From: Chiloscyllium plagiosum
Taxonomy: Eukaryota
NCBI RefSeq assembly: GCF_004010195.1
Contig: NC_057753.1
Location: forward strand, 1,433,246 to 1,475,748
Length of the DNA: 42,503 nt
Reading direction: 5' to 3'
Under the pieces are notes generated by a model. It searched no databases. It saw nothing but the letters and a program-made list of their open reading frames with translations, and was not told the DNA's origin. The translations under genes were made by a program, and so were the position numbers. Each line of letters begins with the position of its first letter. Positions within the stretch are counted from its first letter, which is position 1. This document shows positions 22,321-33,686 of this stretch, one piece after another.

Positions 22321-22724
22321 TCAGGTTCCTAAAGAATCGGACGTTAGCAATAGAGTTGTTAAATCTGCTGGACTATAACCTGGTGCTGTGAGATTTTTAA
22401 CTTTGAGATGAGAGATACACAAGAGACAATTCTGCCTGGGGGGTTGGTGGCGCAAGTCCTTGCAAGATCCAAGCCCAGACAATTGAAACTAGAGAGGCAC
22501 CAGAACACCTCAGGAAGTGTGAAAGGGTGATTCAACTCTTCCTGACAAACAACAGTAGATGCATGGGGCAGACTTGCCTCAGTAAGACAAAAGTCCAGGT
22601 GGATACAGCACTCTGGGATAAACCAAGATTTGTAGGCCCCAAGAGCAGACGCATCAAAGGGGTTGCTGTTAAGCAAGCCATCGAGAGCCTTTAGCAGCAT
22701 TTTAAGGTGAAAAAGCCAATTAAT

Positions 22725-23486
22725 TTGAGTTTAATTTAAATAAATGTGAGGTGCTGCATTTTGGGAAAGCAAATCTTAGCAGGACTTATACACTTAATGG
22801 TAAGGTCCTAGGGAGTGTTGCTGAACAGAGACACCTTAGTGCAGGTTCATAGCTCCTTGAAAGTAGAATCGCAGGTAGATAGGATAGTGAAGAAGGCGTT
22901 TGGTATACTTTCCTTTATTGGTCAGTGCATTGAGTATAGAAGTTGAGGTCTGTACAGGACATTGGTTAGACCACTTTTGGAGTATTGCGTGCAAATCTGG
23001 TCTCCTTCCTATTGGAAAGATGTTGTGAAACGTGAAAAGATTTACAAGGAGGTTGTTAGGGTTGGAGGATTTGAGCTACAGGGTGAGATTGAATAGGCTG
23101 GGGCTGTTTTCCCTGGAGCGTCAGAGGCTGAGGGGGTGACCTGAGAGGTTTACAAAATTGAGGGGCATGGATAGGATAAATAGACAAAGTGGGCATAGGT
23201 TCAGATAAACTAGTGGGCATAGATTTAGGGAGAGAGCAGAAAGATATAAAAGAGACCTGAGGGGCAAATTTTCACACAGAGGGTGCGGAGTGTATGGAAT
23301 GAGCTGCCAGAGGAAATGGTGGAGGCTGGTACAATTACAGCATTTAAAAGGCATCTGGATGGGTATATGAATAGGAAGGGATTAAGAGGGACATGCTGGC
23401 AAATGGGACTAGATTCGGTTGGGATATCTGATCGGCATGAACGAGTTGGACCGAAGGGTCTGTTTCCCTGCGGTACATCTCTATGA
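22725..23486 (+). mobile_element. CR1/HER1 3' fragment
   Basis: GAGTTTAATTTAAATAAATGTGAGGTGCTGCATTTTGG through GTACATCTCTATGAC. Confidence 0.9.
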
Positions 23487-23889
23487 CCTCAGGTCCTTGG
23501 AAAGTTCTGGACGGTAAGTACCCAGCCCGGCAGGACTCTGGTTATTCCCCCACTCTTCGGCCTACCTAAAGTCACGTCAGGATTCAGCAGCGACCACAGC
23601 AACTCACCCTCTGACCGGAGAGGAAGAGAAAGTCAACCCATGAAGAGAGGAGCAGCTTGAACAATTCATCAGACCAGCAACATTACGAGTATCTGGGAAG
23701 TATTTCAGGTTTCCAAAGAATCGGATAGTTAGCAATAGAGTTGTTAAAAGTGTAAAATTTAACTCTTAACCTTTGTTTTCAAATAAAGTTGCCACCTGGT
23801 TCACTGACTGCAGACTCGTATTGTGTCGTCCTTTCCTGGGGCAGGCTGAGGTGCCTGGGTAAATTAACATTGTAGGGATTCTACGATTA

Positions 23890-24018
23890 TATAGTGTGGA
23901 AACAGGCTATTTGGCCCCACAAGTCCACACCAACCTCCCAAGAGAAACCCACCCAGAGCCATTCTTCTACCCTTTTTAATCTACATTTATCCCTGACCTA
24001 ACCTGCACATCCCTGAAC
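23890..24018 (-). mobile_element. HE1-like SINE 3' fragment
   Basis: AGTGTGGAAACAGGC..AAGTCCACACC..CCTGCACATCCCTGAACAC. Confidence 0.75.
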
Positions 24019-24540
24019 ACGAGAATCCAAAGAGATTCTAATGAGGGGCCAAAAAATAACGAGGGAGAGAATAGGGCCTCTTTAAGGTCAGCAATTTCAT
24101 CTACGCGCAGAGCCACTGGATGGGATCGGAAATGAATATGTTCTGATCTGTATTTAATGTCCAGGAAATTAAGGGGAATAAATAGTGATGTCTTGAACAG
24201 TGTCCACATTACAGAAGAGGAAATGCTGGAAGTGTTAGAACACATTAAGGTAGATAAGTCCCCCAGGACTTAATGAAGTGTATTCCAGGACTTTGTGAGA
24301 GTCAAAGGAGAAAATTGTGGGTGGCTGACTGGTGATATTTGCACCATCGACAGTCATGGGTGAAGTGCCCCAAAGAATAGAGAGTGGCTAACATTGTGCC
24401 ACTATATTAGGAAGGCTGCAGGGCAGTGCCTGGGAACTACAGACTGTTGAGCCTAACAGCCGTGGGGGTTGAGATTTTAGACGGAATTCTGAGAGACAGG
24501 ACCTACAGGCATTTGGAGAGGCAAGGACACATTTGGGACA

Positions 24541-24711
24541 GGGTGAAAGTGAGGACTGCAGATGCTGGAGATCAGAGTCAAGATTAGAATGGTGCTGGAA
24601 AAGCACAGCAGGTCAGGCAACATCTGAGGAGCAGGAGAATCGATGTTTCGGGCAAAAGCCCTTCATCAGGATTTCTGATGAAGGGCTTTTGCCCGAAATG
24701 TCGATTTTCCT
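24541..24711. mobile_element. Palindromic PLE-derived mini-element, family A, with head-to-head hammerheads; cut by the gap
   Basis: GATGTTTCGGGCAAAAGCCCTTCATCAG-GATTT-CTGATGAAGGGCTTTTGCCCGAAATGTC. Confidence 0.85.
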
Positions 24712-25141
24712 NNNNNNNNNNNNNNNNNNNNNNNNNNNNNNNNNNNNNNNNNNNNNNNNNNNNNNNNNNNNNNNNNNNNNNNNNNNNNNNNNNNNNNNNN
24801 NNNNNNNNNNNNNNNNNNNNNNNNNNNNNNNNNNNNNNNNNNNNNNNNNNNNNNNNNNNNNNNNNNNNNNNNNNNNNNNNNNNNNNNNNNNNNNNNNNNN
24901 NNNNNNNNNNNNNNNNNNNNNNNNNNNNNNNNNNNNNNNNNNNNNNNNNNNNNNNNNNNNNNNNNNNNNNNNNNNNNNNNNNNNNNNNNNNNNNNNNNNN
25001 NNNNNNNNNNNNNNNNNNNNNNNNNNNNNNNNNNNNNNNNNNNNNNNNNNNNNNNNNNNNNNNNNNNNNNNNNNNNNNNNNNNNNNNNNNNNNNNNNNNN
25101 NNNNNNNNNNNNNNNNNNNNNNNNNNNNNNNNNNNNNNNNN
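24712..25141. other. Assembly gap
   Basis: Run of N. Confidence 1.
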
Positions 25142-25421
25142 GAGAGGGGGTGTGAAGAAGGCTTTTGGCATGTTTGCTTTTCTTGGCTAGAGAATTGAGT
25201 ATAGGCGTTGGGATGTCTTGCTGCAGCTGTACAATGCATTGGTGAAGTCACATCTGCAGGACTGCATGCAGTACTGGTCACCCTCCGATAGAAAAGATAT
25301 TAACAAACTAGGAAGAGTTCAGAAAAGATTTACTAGGATGCTACCTGCATTGGAAGGTTTGGGTTATAAGGACAGGTTGGGTAGGCTGGAGCTTAGGAGA
25401 CTGAGGGGTGACCTTATAGAG

Positions 25422-25514
25422 CTGAAAATGTGTTGCTGGAAAAGCACAGCAGATCAGGCAGCATCCAGGGAACAGGAGAATCGACGTTTCGGGCATAAGC
25501 CCTTCTTCAGGAAT
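25422..25514 (-). mobile_element. 93-bp solo PLE terminal unit with intact hammerhead (25483-25510)
   Basis: GTGACCTTATAGAG duplicated at 25408-25421 and 25515-25528; minus strand reads CTGAAGA-A-GGGC TTAT GCCC-GAAACGTC. Confidence 0.88.
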
Positions 25515-26313
25515 GTGACCTTATAGAGGTCTATAAAATCATGAGAGGCATACATAAGGTAGATAGCCAATAGCTTTTCCCCAGGTTAGGGAAATCTAAA
25601 ACTGGAGGGCACAGGTTTAAGATGAGGGGGGGAGAGATACAAAAGGGTCCAGAGGGGCAATAGTTTCACTCGGAGGGTGGTGAGTGTGTGGAACAGGCTG
25701 CCAGAGGGAGTGGTGGAAGCAAGTCCAATTTCACCATTTAAGAAACATTTAAACAGATACAGGGAATGGGATAGGTATGGAGGAATATGGACCAAATGCA
25801 GGCAAATGGGATTAGTTAAATTGTGAGAAGTGGTCAGCATGGACAGGTTGGGCCAATGGGCTGGTTTCCATGCTGTAACCCTCTATTTCCCTATGACTCT
25901 ATTTCCGGTATCTCTAGTCCCAACTGCCCCCTTCTCTCTGTGACCTCTCACTTTCAGACCCTACAGCCATCGAGCTGTGACCCCTGACCCTTCTTTGTTT
26001 TCTCTGCTGGGTGTTGGCAGGGGGTGAAGAAAAGACAGCAGGAATTTCTCTGACCTGTGATTCACAAGGATACTCCCTGCTGCCCTCAGCAGTTACTTTC
26101 CTTCAGTCATTTTCTCACTAACCCTAAACTCTCCTGTTTGCTCTTAATTCTGGTGTTTCTGTCACTTTCACAATTATAGACATAAACGTCACACATTAGA
26201 ATCAAACCGCTTCTGTCATTCTGTCTGATTGAAGTTGGTATTGTCGTTAATAACAGACAAACTATCCTTTTCCCTGGAGTTTCCAATGAAGTGCAGTGGA
26301 CAGTCTTATCAGT

Positions 26314-26327
26314 GTTGCCATGGCAAC
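26314..26327. promoter_or_regulatory. Perfect palindromic RFX X-box
   Basis: GTTGCCATGGCAAC in sequence I could not assign to a repeat. Confidence 0.5.
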
Positions 26328-26661
26328 CTGACCACAGGGAGCTGCATGTTTGAGATTCCAACTCAGATTAAGCTCCTCTGTCCCCCTCACACACACTGTA
26401 TCAGACATTTCACCTCAATGTGTCCCAGGCAGGTTTTCTCTCAAACCAACAAGAATCTCAGACACACAAACCTTTAAATGTGGGTGGAAAAGGTGATGCA
26501 TTGGTTACAATGCCAACTGGATGCAAAGTTTTAAAGTGCGGATGTGAATTCTGAAAGGACTTTTTAAATGCGTTAGTCACTGGTTGTGCTGCAGTTAAAG
26601 CAATAGGCCAGAAGTGTGCTGGAAGAGTATTTTTTTTAGCAAGGGTATCTCAGAAACGATT

Positions 26662-27207
26662 NNNNNNNNNNNNNNNNNNNNNNNNNNNNNNNNNNNNNNN
26701 NNNNNNNNNNNNNNNNNNNNNNNNNNNNNNNNNNNNNNNNNNNNNNNNNNNNNNNNNNNNNNNNNNNNNNNNNNNNNNNNNNNNNNNNNNNNNNNNNNNN
26801 NNNNNNNNNNNNNNNNNNNNNNNNNNNNNNNNNNNNNNNNNNNNNNNNNNNNNNNNNNNNNNNNNNNNNNNNNNNNNNNNNNNNNNNNNNNNNNNNNNNN
26901 NNNNNNNNNNNNNNNNNNNNNNNNNNNNNNNNNNNNNNNNNNNNNNNNNNNNNNNNNNNNNNNNNNNNNNNNNNNNNNNNNNNNNNNNNNNNNNNNNNNN
27001 NNNNNNNNNNNNNNNNNNNNNNNNNNNNNNNNNNNNNNNNNNNNNNNNNNNNNNNNNNNNNNNNNNNNNNNNNNNNNNNNNNNNNNNNNNNNNNNNNNNN
27101 NNNNNNNNNNNNNNNNNNNNNNNNNNNNNNNNNNNNNNNNNNNNNNNNNNNNNNNNNNNNNNNNNNNNNNNNNNNNNNNNNNNNNNNNNNNNNNNNNNNN
27201 NNNNNNN
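26662..27207. other. Assembly gap
   Basis: Run of N. Confidence 1.
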
Positions 27208-27225
27208 ACTGATCCTCCAAAGAGC

Positions 27226-27291
<66 letters not shown>

Positions 27292-27548
27292 ACCCACTCC
27301 CTATGACTCTACATTTACCAGTGACTAACGCCCGTAGCCTACACATCCCTGAACACTGTGGGCAATTTAGCATGGCCAATTCACCCAACCTGCACATTTT
27401 TGGACTGTGGGAGGAAACTGGAGCACACCCACGCAAAGACGGGGAGAATGTACAAACTCCACACCAACAGTCGCCTGAGGCAGGAATTGAGCCCGGGTCC
27501 CTGGTGCTGTGAGGCAGCGGTGCTAACCACTGAGCCCCCGTGCCACCC
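27208..27548 (-). mobile_element. HE1-like SINE with a long poly-C tract (27226-27289)
   Basis: Core and head intact downstream of the C run. Confidence 0.85.
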
Positions 27549-27872
27549 TTTTAAGGTGGTATCGACTCTACACTTTTCACTGTACCCTCGTACTCGGGTA
27601 CGTGTCAATAAATAAAATGCAATCTAATAAAAAATTAAAATCTAAACGGTGAGGACCTCAATTCTTCCTATTCTACATTTTATGAACAACTTAATAAGGG
27701 GGAGTACAGACTGTTACGACATGAAGACTCTCAAAATTAAGGATAAATATCAGATTCCCAGACAAAATCACTCTGGTAATAACTCTTCTGAGACACATTA
27801 ATTGCAGGTGACACTGAAAATTGGTGGTCTACTGGACAGCAAAGACTGTTATCTCAGAGTACAATGGGAGCT

Positions 27873-28207
27873 TTGAGACAGATAAGATAATCAGAGGGTT
27901 AGATAGAGTGGACAGTGAGAGACTTTTTCCTCAGATGGTGATGGCTAGCACAAGGGGGCATAGCTTTAAATTGAGGGGTGATAGATATAGGACAGATGTC
28001 AGAGATAGTTTCTTTACTCAGAGAGTAGTTGGGGAGTGGAATGCACTGCCTGCAACAGTAGTAGACTCACCAACTTCAAGGGCATTTAAGTGGTCATTGG
28101 ATAGACAAATGGATGAGAATGGAATAGGGTTTTGGATTCATTTCACAGGTCGGTGCAGCATCGAGGTCTGAAGGGCCTGTACTGCGCTGTAATGTTCTAT
28201 GTTCTAT
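27873..28207 (+). mobile_element. Nested 3' fragment of a different CR1 subfamily
   Basis: KIIRGLDRVDSERLFP..FFTQRVVGEWNALP; tail TGTTCTATGTTCTAT; host CR1 resumes at GATCTTG. Confidence 0.85.
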
Positions 28208-28779
28208 GATCTTGGTCAGATAGACCGAAGGACACAGGGGTGGCAGATGGAGTTTAATTTAGATAAATGTGAGGTGCTTCATTTTGGTAAGGCAAGATAG
28301 GGCAGGACTTATACACTTAATTGTAAGGTCCTAGGGAGTGTTGCTGAACAAAGAGACCTTGGAGTGCAGATTTATAGTTCCCTGAAAGTAGAATCATTTG
28401 TAGGTAGGATAGTGAGGAAGGCATTTGGTTATGTTTCCTTTACTGGTCAGAGCATTGAGTACAGGAGTTGGTCAGTCATGTTATGGCTGTAGAGGACATT
28501 GGTGAGGCAATTTTTGGAATACTGTGTTCAATTCTGGCCTCCCTGCTTGGGAAAGATGCTGTTAAACTTGAAAGGGTTCAGATAAAAAAATGTCAAGGAT
28601 GTTGCCGGGGTTGGAGGGTTAGAGCTGCAGGGAGAGGCTGAATAGGCTGGGGCTGTTTTCCCTGGAGCATCAGAGGCTGAGGGGTAACTTTACAAAGGTT
28701 TATAAAATCATGAGGGGCATGGATAGGGTGAACAGCAAAGGTCTTTTATCTGGGAAGGGGAGTCCAAAGCTAGAGGGCA

Positions 28780-29122
28780 TAGAATCTCTCCAGTAAGGAA
28801 GCTGGCCAATTGGCCCATCAGGCTCACACAGCCCCTCTGTAGAGCATCCCACCCAGACCTACCTCCCTGCCCTATCTCTGTAAGAAGGCATTTCCATGGC
28901 TAATCCAGCTAGTCCACACATCTTTACACAACTTATCAATGGCCAATCCACCTAAGCCACACATGTTTGGACGGTGGGAGGAAACCAGATCACCTTGAGG
29001 AAACTGTCACACAGAGATAGCAAAAATATGCAAACTCCACACAGACAGGTACCCGAGAGTGGAACTGAACATGGGCCCCTGGCACTGTGAGGTCATAGGG
29101 CTAACCACTGAGCCACTGTGCC
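28780..29122 (-). mobile_element. Diverged HE1-like SINE in CR1
   Basis: ATGGCCAATCCACCTAA..TGCAAACTCCACACAGACAG..GCTAACCACTGAGCCACTGTGCC. Confidence 0.8.
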
Positions 29123-29348
29123 ATTTAGTTTAAGGTGAGGGGGAAAGATTTAAAAGAGATCTAACAGGCAGGGTGGTGCGTGTATGGAATGAGCTACCAG
29201 AGGAAGTGATGGAGGCTGGTACACTGACAGCATTGAAAAGGCATCTGGATGTGTGCATGAATAGGAAGGGTTATATAAGCACTGGGATAGACAGGCACAA
29301 GTCTGGAAGAACACAGCAGGCCAGGCAGCATCAGAAGGTGCAGCAGTT

Positions 29349-29375
29349 GACGTTTCGGGTGTAACCCTTCTTCAG
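29349..29375 (-). ncRNA. Minimal hammerhead ribozyme motif
   Basis: CTGAAGA-A-GGGT TAC ACCC-GAAACGTC; stem II compensatory relative to GGGC/GCCC. Confidence 0.72.
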
Positions 29376-29465
29376 GACTCAGGTTGGGTGTAAGGGGGAG
29401 CTGCAGATAAACAGGTAGCGGGTACGACCTGGTTGGTCAGTGGGAGGAATGAATTCGGTTTTTTT

Positions 29466-29772
29466 AGATTAGATTAGATTCCCTACAGTGTGGAAACAGG
29501 CCCTTCGGCCCAACAAGTCCACACCGACCCTCCGAAGAGTCACCCCCCCAGACCCATTTCCCTCTGACTAATGTACCTAACACTGTGGGCAATTTAGCAT
29601 GGCCAATTCACCTGACCTGCACATCTTTGGACTGTGGGAGGAAACCGGAGCACCTGGGGGAAACCTACGCAGACACGGGGAGAATGTGCAAACTCCACAG
29701 TTGCCTGAGGCTGGAATCGAACCTGGGACCCTGGTGCTGTGAGGCAGCAGTGCTAACCTCTGAGCCACCATG
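29466..29772 (-). mobile_element. HE1-like SINE
   Basis: Full head, core and (TCTAA)n tail. Confidence 0.9.
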
Positions 29773-30139
29773 TTGATGGCAGGGAGCAGTGGTAGAGGGT
29801 AGGGGCTGGGAAGAGAGTCGGGGGATGGGGAGGGAAGTTATTTGAAAGTGGAGAACTCAATGTTGAGTCCTTTGGGCTGTAGGGTGCTCAGGCGGAAAAT
29901 AAGGTGTGTTCTTCCAAGAGGAGCTGTGGTTTATTGTGGCAATGGAGGAGGCCGAGGATGGTCATGTTGGAAAGGGAGCAGTTGGAGGAATTGAAATGGG
30001 CGGTGACTGGGAGATCCAGTCGGTCTCTGCGGGCCCGGTTTCGATGCTCGGTGAGCCATTCCCTGAGCATGCGTTCGGTTTCCTGAATGTAGAGAAGACC
30101 ACATCGGGAGCACCGTATGCAGTAAGCTAGGTTGGAAGA

Positions 30140-30396
30140 TTAGATTAGATTAGATTAGATTATTTACAGTGTGGAAACAGGCTCTTTGGCCACAAGTCCA
30201 CACCGACCCTCCGAAGCACAACCCACCCAGACCCAGTCCCCTACATTTACCCCTGCACCTAACACTGTGGGCATTTTAGCATGGCCAATTCACCTGACCT
30301 GCACATTTTTGGACTGTGGGAGGAAACCGGAGCACCCGGAGGATACCCACGCAGACACGGGGAGAATGTGCAAACTCCACACAGTCGCCTGAGGCG
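30140..30396 (-). mobile_element. HE1-like SINE, 5'-truncated
   Basis: (TAGAT)n tail; GGAAGA duplicated at 30134-30139 and 30397-30402. Confidence 0.88.
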
Positions 30397-30639
30397 GGAA
30401 GAGAGGCAGGTGAACCACTGTCTCACCTGGAAGGACTGTTTGGGGCCCTTGAAGGAAGTGAGGGGGCTGGTGTACCAGCAGGTTTCAATTCCCCGAAGGA
30501 CCTCCCTGTCACTGCCCATTTCGATGCAAAACCTTCCTCTCTTCATGGATGTGGCCTGACTCGCTATGAGTTCCACCATTTCTTTTTGTTCAGATTTCTG
30601 CATCTGCAGTGACTTCCCTTTGCTGTCATAGAATCTGAA

Positions 30640-31015
30640 AAACTACCCTCCACCACCACCCTGTCTTCTATCTTTGAGCCAGTTCTGTATCCAAATGGCT
30701 AGTGCTCCCTGTATTCCATGGGATCTAACCTTGCTAATCAGTCTCCCATGGGGAACCTTGTCGAACGCCTTACTGAAGTCCATATAGATCACATCTACTG
30801 CTCTGCCCTCATCAATTCTCTTGGTTACTTCTTCAAAAAACTCAATCATCATTTCCCACGCACAAAGCCATGTTGACTATCCCGAATCAGTCCTTGCCTT
30901 TCCAAATACATGTACATCCTGTCCCTCGGGATTCCCTCCAACAACTTGCCCACCACCGAGGTCAGGCTCACTGGTCTATAGTTCCCTGGCTTGTCTTTAC
31001 CGCCCTTCTTAAACA
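30640..31015 (-). mobile_element. CR1 RT fragment
   Basis: [58 protein letters not shown]. Confidence 0.92.
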
Positions 31016-31067
31016 GTTCTTGCAGTCTTGTGTTTAGTTTATTTATTCTTGCTTCAGAAATTCTACT

Positions 31068-32698
31068 TTGATGCATTACCAGGCCGTGCACTCAGAGCAC
31101 GCGCAGATCAAGTGGAGAGGTCTTCTCGGACATCTTCAACTTCTCCTGGCAGCAGGCCACTCCCTGCCTGTTTCAAGAGGGTCAACATCATCCCTGTGCC
31201 TAAGGCAGCTCATGCAGCATCTCTCAATGACTACCGCCCAGTGGCCCTAACTTCGGTGGTCATGAAGTGTTTTGAAAGGCTGGTCATGGCATTAATCAAC
31301 TCCAACCTCCCCAGTACTCTTGGCCCACTCCAATGTCCCTATCGGACCAACAGATTCATGTCAGATGCTGTATCACTGTCCCTTCATTCCTCCCTAGAAC
31401 ATCTTAACATCAAAAACAGCTACGTAAGAATCCTACTCATTGGCTACAGTTCAGCCTTCAACACTATTATCCCCTCGAGACTGATTACTAAACTTAGTGA
31501 TCTCGGACTAAGCCCCACACTCTGCAACTGGAATCTCAGTTTCCTGATCCACAGGCCACAATCAGTGAAGATTTAGGAACATTATTTCATCCTCACTAAC
31601 ATTCAACATTGGAACCCCCGGGGGGAGGGGTGTGTGTATACTCAGCCCCCTATTGTACTCACCGTATCCCCATGACTGTGTTGCCAAATACCAGACTAAT
31701 GCCATTTACAAGTTTGCTGATGACACCACCATAGTCAGTTGAATCTCAGTTAGGTGAATTGGCCACGCTAAATTGCCCGTAGTGTTAGGTGAAGGAGTAA
31801 ATGTAGGGGAATGGGTCTGGGTGGGTTGTGCTTCGGCGGTTCGGTGTGGATTTGTTGAGCCGAAGGGCCTGTTTCCCCACTGTAATTAATCTAATCATAG
31901 GTACGAAACAGATACAGACGGGAGATGGAAGACCTGGAAAAATGGTGCACTGAGAACAACCTAGCTCTCAATGCCGGCAAAACCAAGGAACTCATTATTG
32001 ACTTTCGGCGGAATGCCCCCCCAACACATTAACAGCACAGAGGTGGAACGAGCGGAGAGTGTCAAGCTCCTGGGAGTGGTCATCCCCAACAAGCTTTCTT
32101 GGACTCTTCATGTGGACACCCTGGTTACAAAGGCCCAACAACGTCTCTTCTTCCTCAGGCAGCTGAGGAAATTTGGTATGACGGCGAATACCCTTGCCAA
32201 CTTTTATAGGTGCGCCATCGAGAGCGTTCTATCTGGATGTATCACTACCTGGTATGGTAACAGTACTATTCAAGATCGGAGACGGTTACAGAGAGTGATG
32301 AACTCGGCCTGGACACTCACAAAGGCCAACCTCCCATCGGTAGAATCCATCTACCAGGCCCGCTGTCAAGGAAAGGCCGCCAGCATTCTCAAAGATCCAT
32401 CCCACCCTGGCAATGTTTTTCTACAACCTCTACCATTAGGGAGAAGGTACAGAAGCCTGACCACACGCACCAGCCGGTTTTGCAACAGTTTGTACCCCAC
32501 TGTTGTTAGAATACTGAATGGACTCACAAACTCATAACATTCGCCTGTACCTGTGTTTTTGTTTGTGCCGCTGTTTACCTATTATTTACTTATCTGTGCT
32601 ACTTAACTCTGTGATCTGCCTGTATTGCTCGCAAGACAAAGCTTTTCACTGTGCCTCGGTACACGTGACAATAAATTAAATTCAATTCAATTCAATTA
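31068..32698 (+). mobile_element. Rex1/Babar-clade LINE, 5'-truncated and decayed
   Basis: [87 protein letters not shown] plus (TTCAA)n tail. Confidence 0.9.
31748..31895 (+). mobile_element. HE1-like SINE 3' fragment in Rex1
   Basis: GTTAGGTGAATTGGCCACGCTAAATTGCCC..GGGCCTGTTTCCCCACTGTAATTAATCTAATC. Confidence 0.85.
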
Positions 32699-33085
32699 TT
32701 ACCCTGACTGCCTCAAGTGCTTGGTTGTACCAAATGAGTCAGCTCAGTGAGACCCAGAAAAATTGTGGATTTGGGAGACACATTTGAATCGGTTAAATAT
32801 ACTAGTGACCCTAACATTTATAGCTCCTTGCTCACGTTATTTGTCTGATTGCTGTTTTACTTTGCACACACTACTTGTGGGAAAACAGGAACAACTTGCA
32901 TTTCCAGAAAACGTTTAACGTGAAACGTCCCACGATGCTTCAGAGGAGCTTTGCAGCTTTTGGGAGATTACCTAATCTGGTCATCTCCCAAAGATTTTAA
33001 ATAGCCTGAAGTTTTACAGCACAGCAAGAGGCCCTTCAGCCCATTGTGTCTGCACCAGTTGAGAACCTAACCATTCTAATCCTAG

Positions 33086-33420
33086 GGGGCAGCACAGTGG
33101 CTCGGTGGTAAGCACTGCTGCCTCCCAGTGACAGGGACCCAGATTCGATTCCAGCCTCGGGTGAGTCTGTGTGGAGTTTGCACGTTCTCCCCCTTGTCTG
33201 CATGGGTTTGCTCTGGTTTCCTCCCACAATCCAAAGACGTGCAGGTTAGGGTAAATTGGCTGCGCTAAATTGCCCCATAGTATTCAGGGATGCCTAAAGC
33301 GAGGTACGTTAGTCAGGGGCAAATGTAGAGTAATAGGGAGGGGGAATGGGTCTGGGTGGATTGCTCGGTGTGGACTTGTTGGGTCAAAGGGCCTGTTTTC
33401 ACACTGCAGGGATTCTATAA
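33086..33420 (+). mobile_element. HE1-like SINE
   Basis: GGGCAGCACAGTGGCTCGGTGG..GATTCGATTCC, core and tail. Confidence 0.87.
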
Positions 33421-33459
33421 TTCTATTTTCCAGAACATTGCCTGTCCTTAGCCTCCTGC

Positions 33460-33686
33460 GTGGAGAAAGTGAGGACTGCTGATGCTGGAGATCAGAGTCA
33501 AAACGTGTGGCACCAGAAAAGCACAGCCGGTCAGGCAGCATCCGAGGAGCAGGAGAGTTGATGTTTCGAGCATAAGCTCTTCATCAGGAATGTCTGTTGA
33601 AGAGTTTCTGCTCGAAACATTGACTCTCCTGCCCCTCGGATGCTGCCTGACCGGCTGTGCTTTTCCGGCGCCACACGTTTTGTCTC
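33460..33686. mobile_element. Palindromic PLE-derived mini-element, family A
   Basis: Inverted arms; hammerhead motifs at 33560-33587 (-) and about 33594-33621 (+); AGCCTCCTGC duplicated at 33450-33459 and 33687-33696. Confidence 0.85.

Larger units (their letters stand above)
21393..22405 (-). mobile_element. PLE family B fragment with inverted partial terminal repeat
   Basis: AAAGTTAAAAAAATCACAACACCAG..ATAGTCCAACAG (21428-21468) inverted at 22365-22404; imperfect TSD TGAGCTAAGACAT / TGAGATGAGAGAT. Confidence 0.72.
21272..23869 (+). mobile_element. Putative solo LTR (21272-21392, 22406-22700, 23487-23869) with nested PLE and CR1
   Basis: Begins TGTAG, ends TTAACA; AATAAA near 23782 followed by a U5-like tract; no clear TSD. 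Confidence 0.4.
24020..25900 (+). mobile_element. Decayed CR1/HER1 LINE spanning a gap, with two PLE-derived insertions
   Basis: GAGAATCCAAAG..GATAAGTCCCCAGGAC..AACTACAGAC before the gap; LQLYNALVKSHLQDCMQYWSP and 3' UTR after it. Confidence 0.82.
27800..29275 (+). mobile_element. CR1/HER1 3' region with nested CR1 and SINE
   Basis: GCAGGTGACAC..AAAATTGGTGG, GAGTTTAATTTAGATAAATGTGAGG, RVWNELPEEVMEAGT. Confidence 0.87.
29290..30620 (-). mobile_element. Penelope-like element (GIY-YIG) with inverted 5' segment (30481-30620), interrupted by two SINEs
   Basis: EHRNRARRDRLDLPVTAHFNS..ILGLLHC..LEEHTLF; FQVRQWFTCLSS; hammerhead at 29349-29375. Confidence 0.82.

Noticed and set aside
27226..27289. 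Poly-C tract and poly-Pro/Gly ORFs
   Set aside because: A homopolymer next to a gap, replacing a short C-rich SINE segment; probably a sequencing artefact.
12707..27436. Long ORFs containing X runs
   Set aside because: They only read through N gaps.
31028..32537. 182-aa and 188-aa ORFs as host genes or an active retroelement
   Set aside because: Fragments of one Rex1/Babar RT broken by stops, frameshifts and a SINE, with no endonuclease region.
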